NCBI GenBank assembly: GCA_025603075.1
Contig: MU626406.1
Coordinates: 1 to 48,161, forward strand
Reading direction: 5' to 3'
Length of the DNA: 48,161 bases
Origin: Neoconidiobolus thromboides FSU 785
Lineage: Eukaryota; Fungi; Entomophthoromycota
A program made the translations under genes and the position numbers. Below the pieces are notes generated by a model. That model was not told the DNA's origin, searched no databases, and was given only the letters and a program-made list of their open reading frames with translations. Below, one piece after another: positions 48,117 to 48,161 of the stretch; the first letter of the stretch is position 1, and the number at the start of each line of letters is the position of its first letter.

Positions 48117-48161
48117 TTAAGCCTTTGGTTTTTCTGGAGCAGCTGGAGCATCAGCACGTCT
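48117..48161 (-). CDS. 3' end of a gene truncated by the window edge (..RRADAPAAPEKPKA*)
   Basis: GC-elevated 14 codons plus TAA; similar to the 24842-25141 relic. Confidence 0.6.
   Translation of the reverse strand, partial: RRADAPAAPEKPKA

Overview
Very AT-rich, gene-dense eukaryotic DNA with short (mostly ~45-55 nt) GT-AG introns. Gene content (fungal-type RPS30, AA11 LPMO, intronless F-box/LRR, retained GCAT, MOB4, SIKE-like, CENP-T) suggests an early-diverging fungus, possibly Entomophthoromycotina; this is inference only. I can support about 22 protein-coding genes, one tRNA-Leu(UAA), one decayed secreted-peptide pseudogene and ten copies of a ~98-bp MITE. The genes are: TLC-domain protein, 3 PPR proteins, SDA1, CENP-T, a DUF4269-like protein, FGFR1OP2/SIKE-like, NMT1, GCAT, NUDT1, ERI1, a Pro/Ser-rich protein with an IER/SERTA-like motif, RPL12, thiamine pyrophosphokinase, MOB4, RPS30, F-box/LRR, AA11 LPMO, NDUFAF2-like, XRN2, 2 orphans and one gene truncated by the window end. 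Best leads: (1) an intronless gene with a motif matching the animal IER/SERTA PP2A-B55-binding module, lying between two other PP2A/STRIPAK genes; (2) an intronless, bacterial-type DUF4269 nucleotidyltransferase-like gene (HGT candidate) with a MITE in its promoter; (3) the MITE family with GG termini and an apparent 4-bp ATA(T/A) target duplication; (4) a putative Kex2-processed RRADAP..EKPKA repeat peptide family. All family assignments come from remembered motifs, not database searches, and exon boundaries were read by eye.
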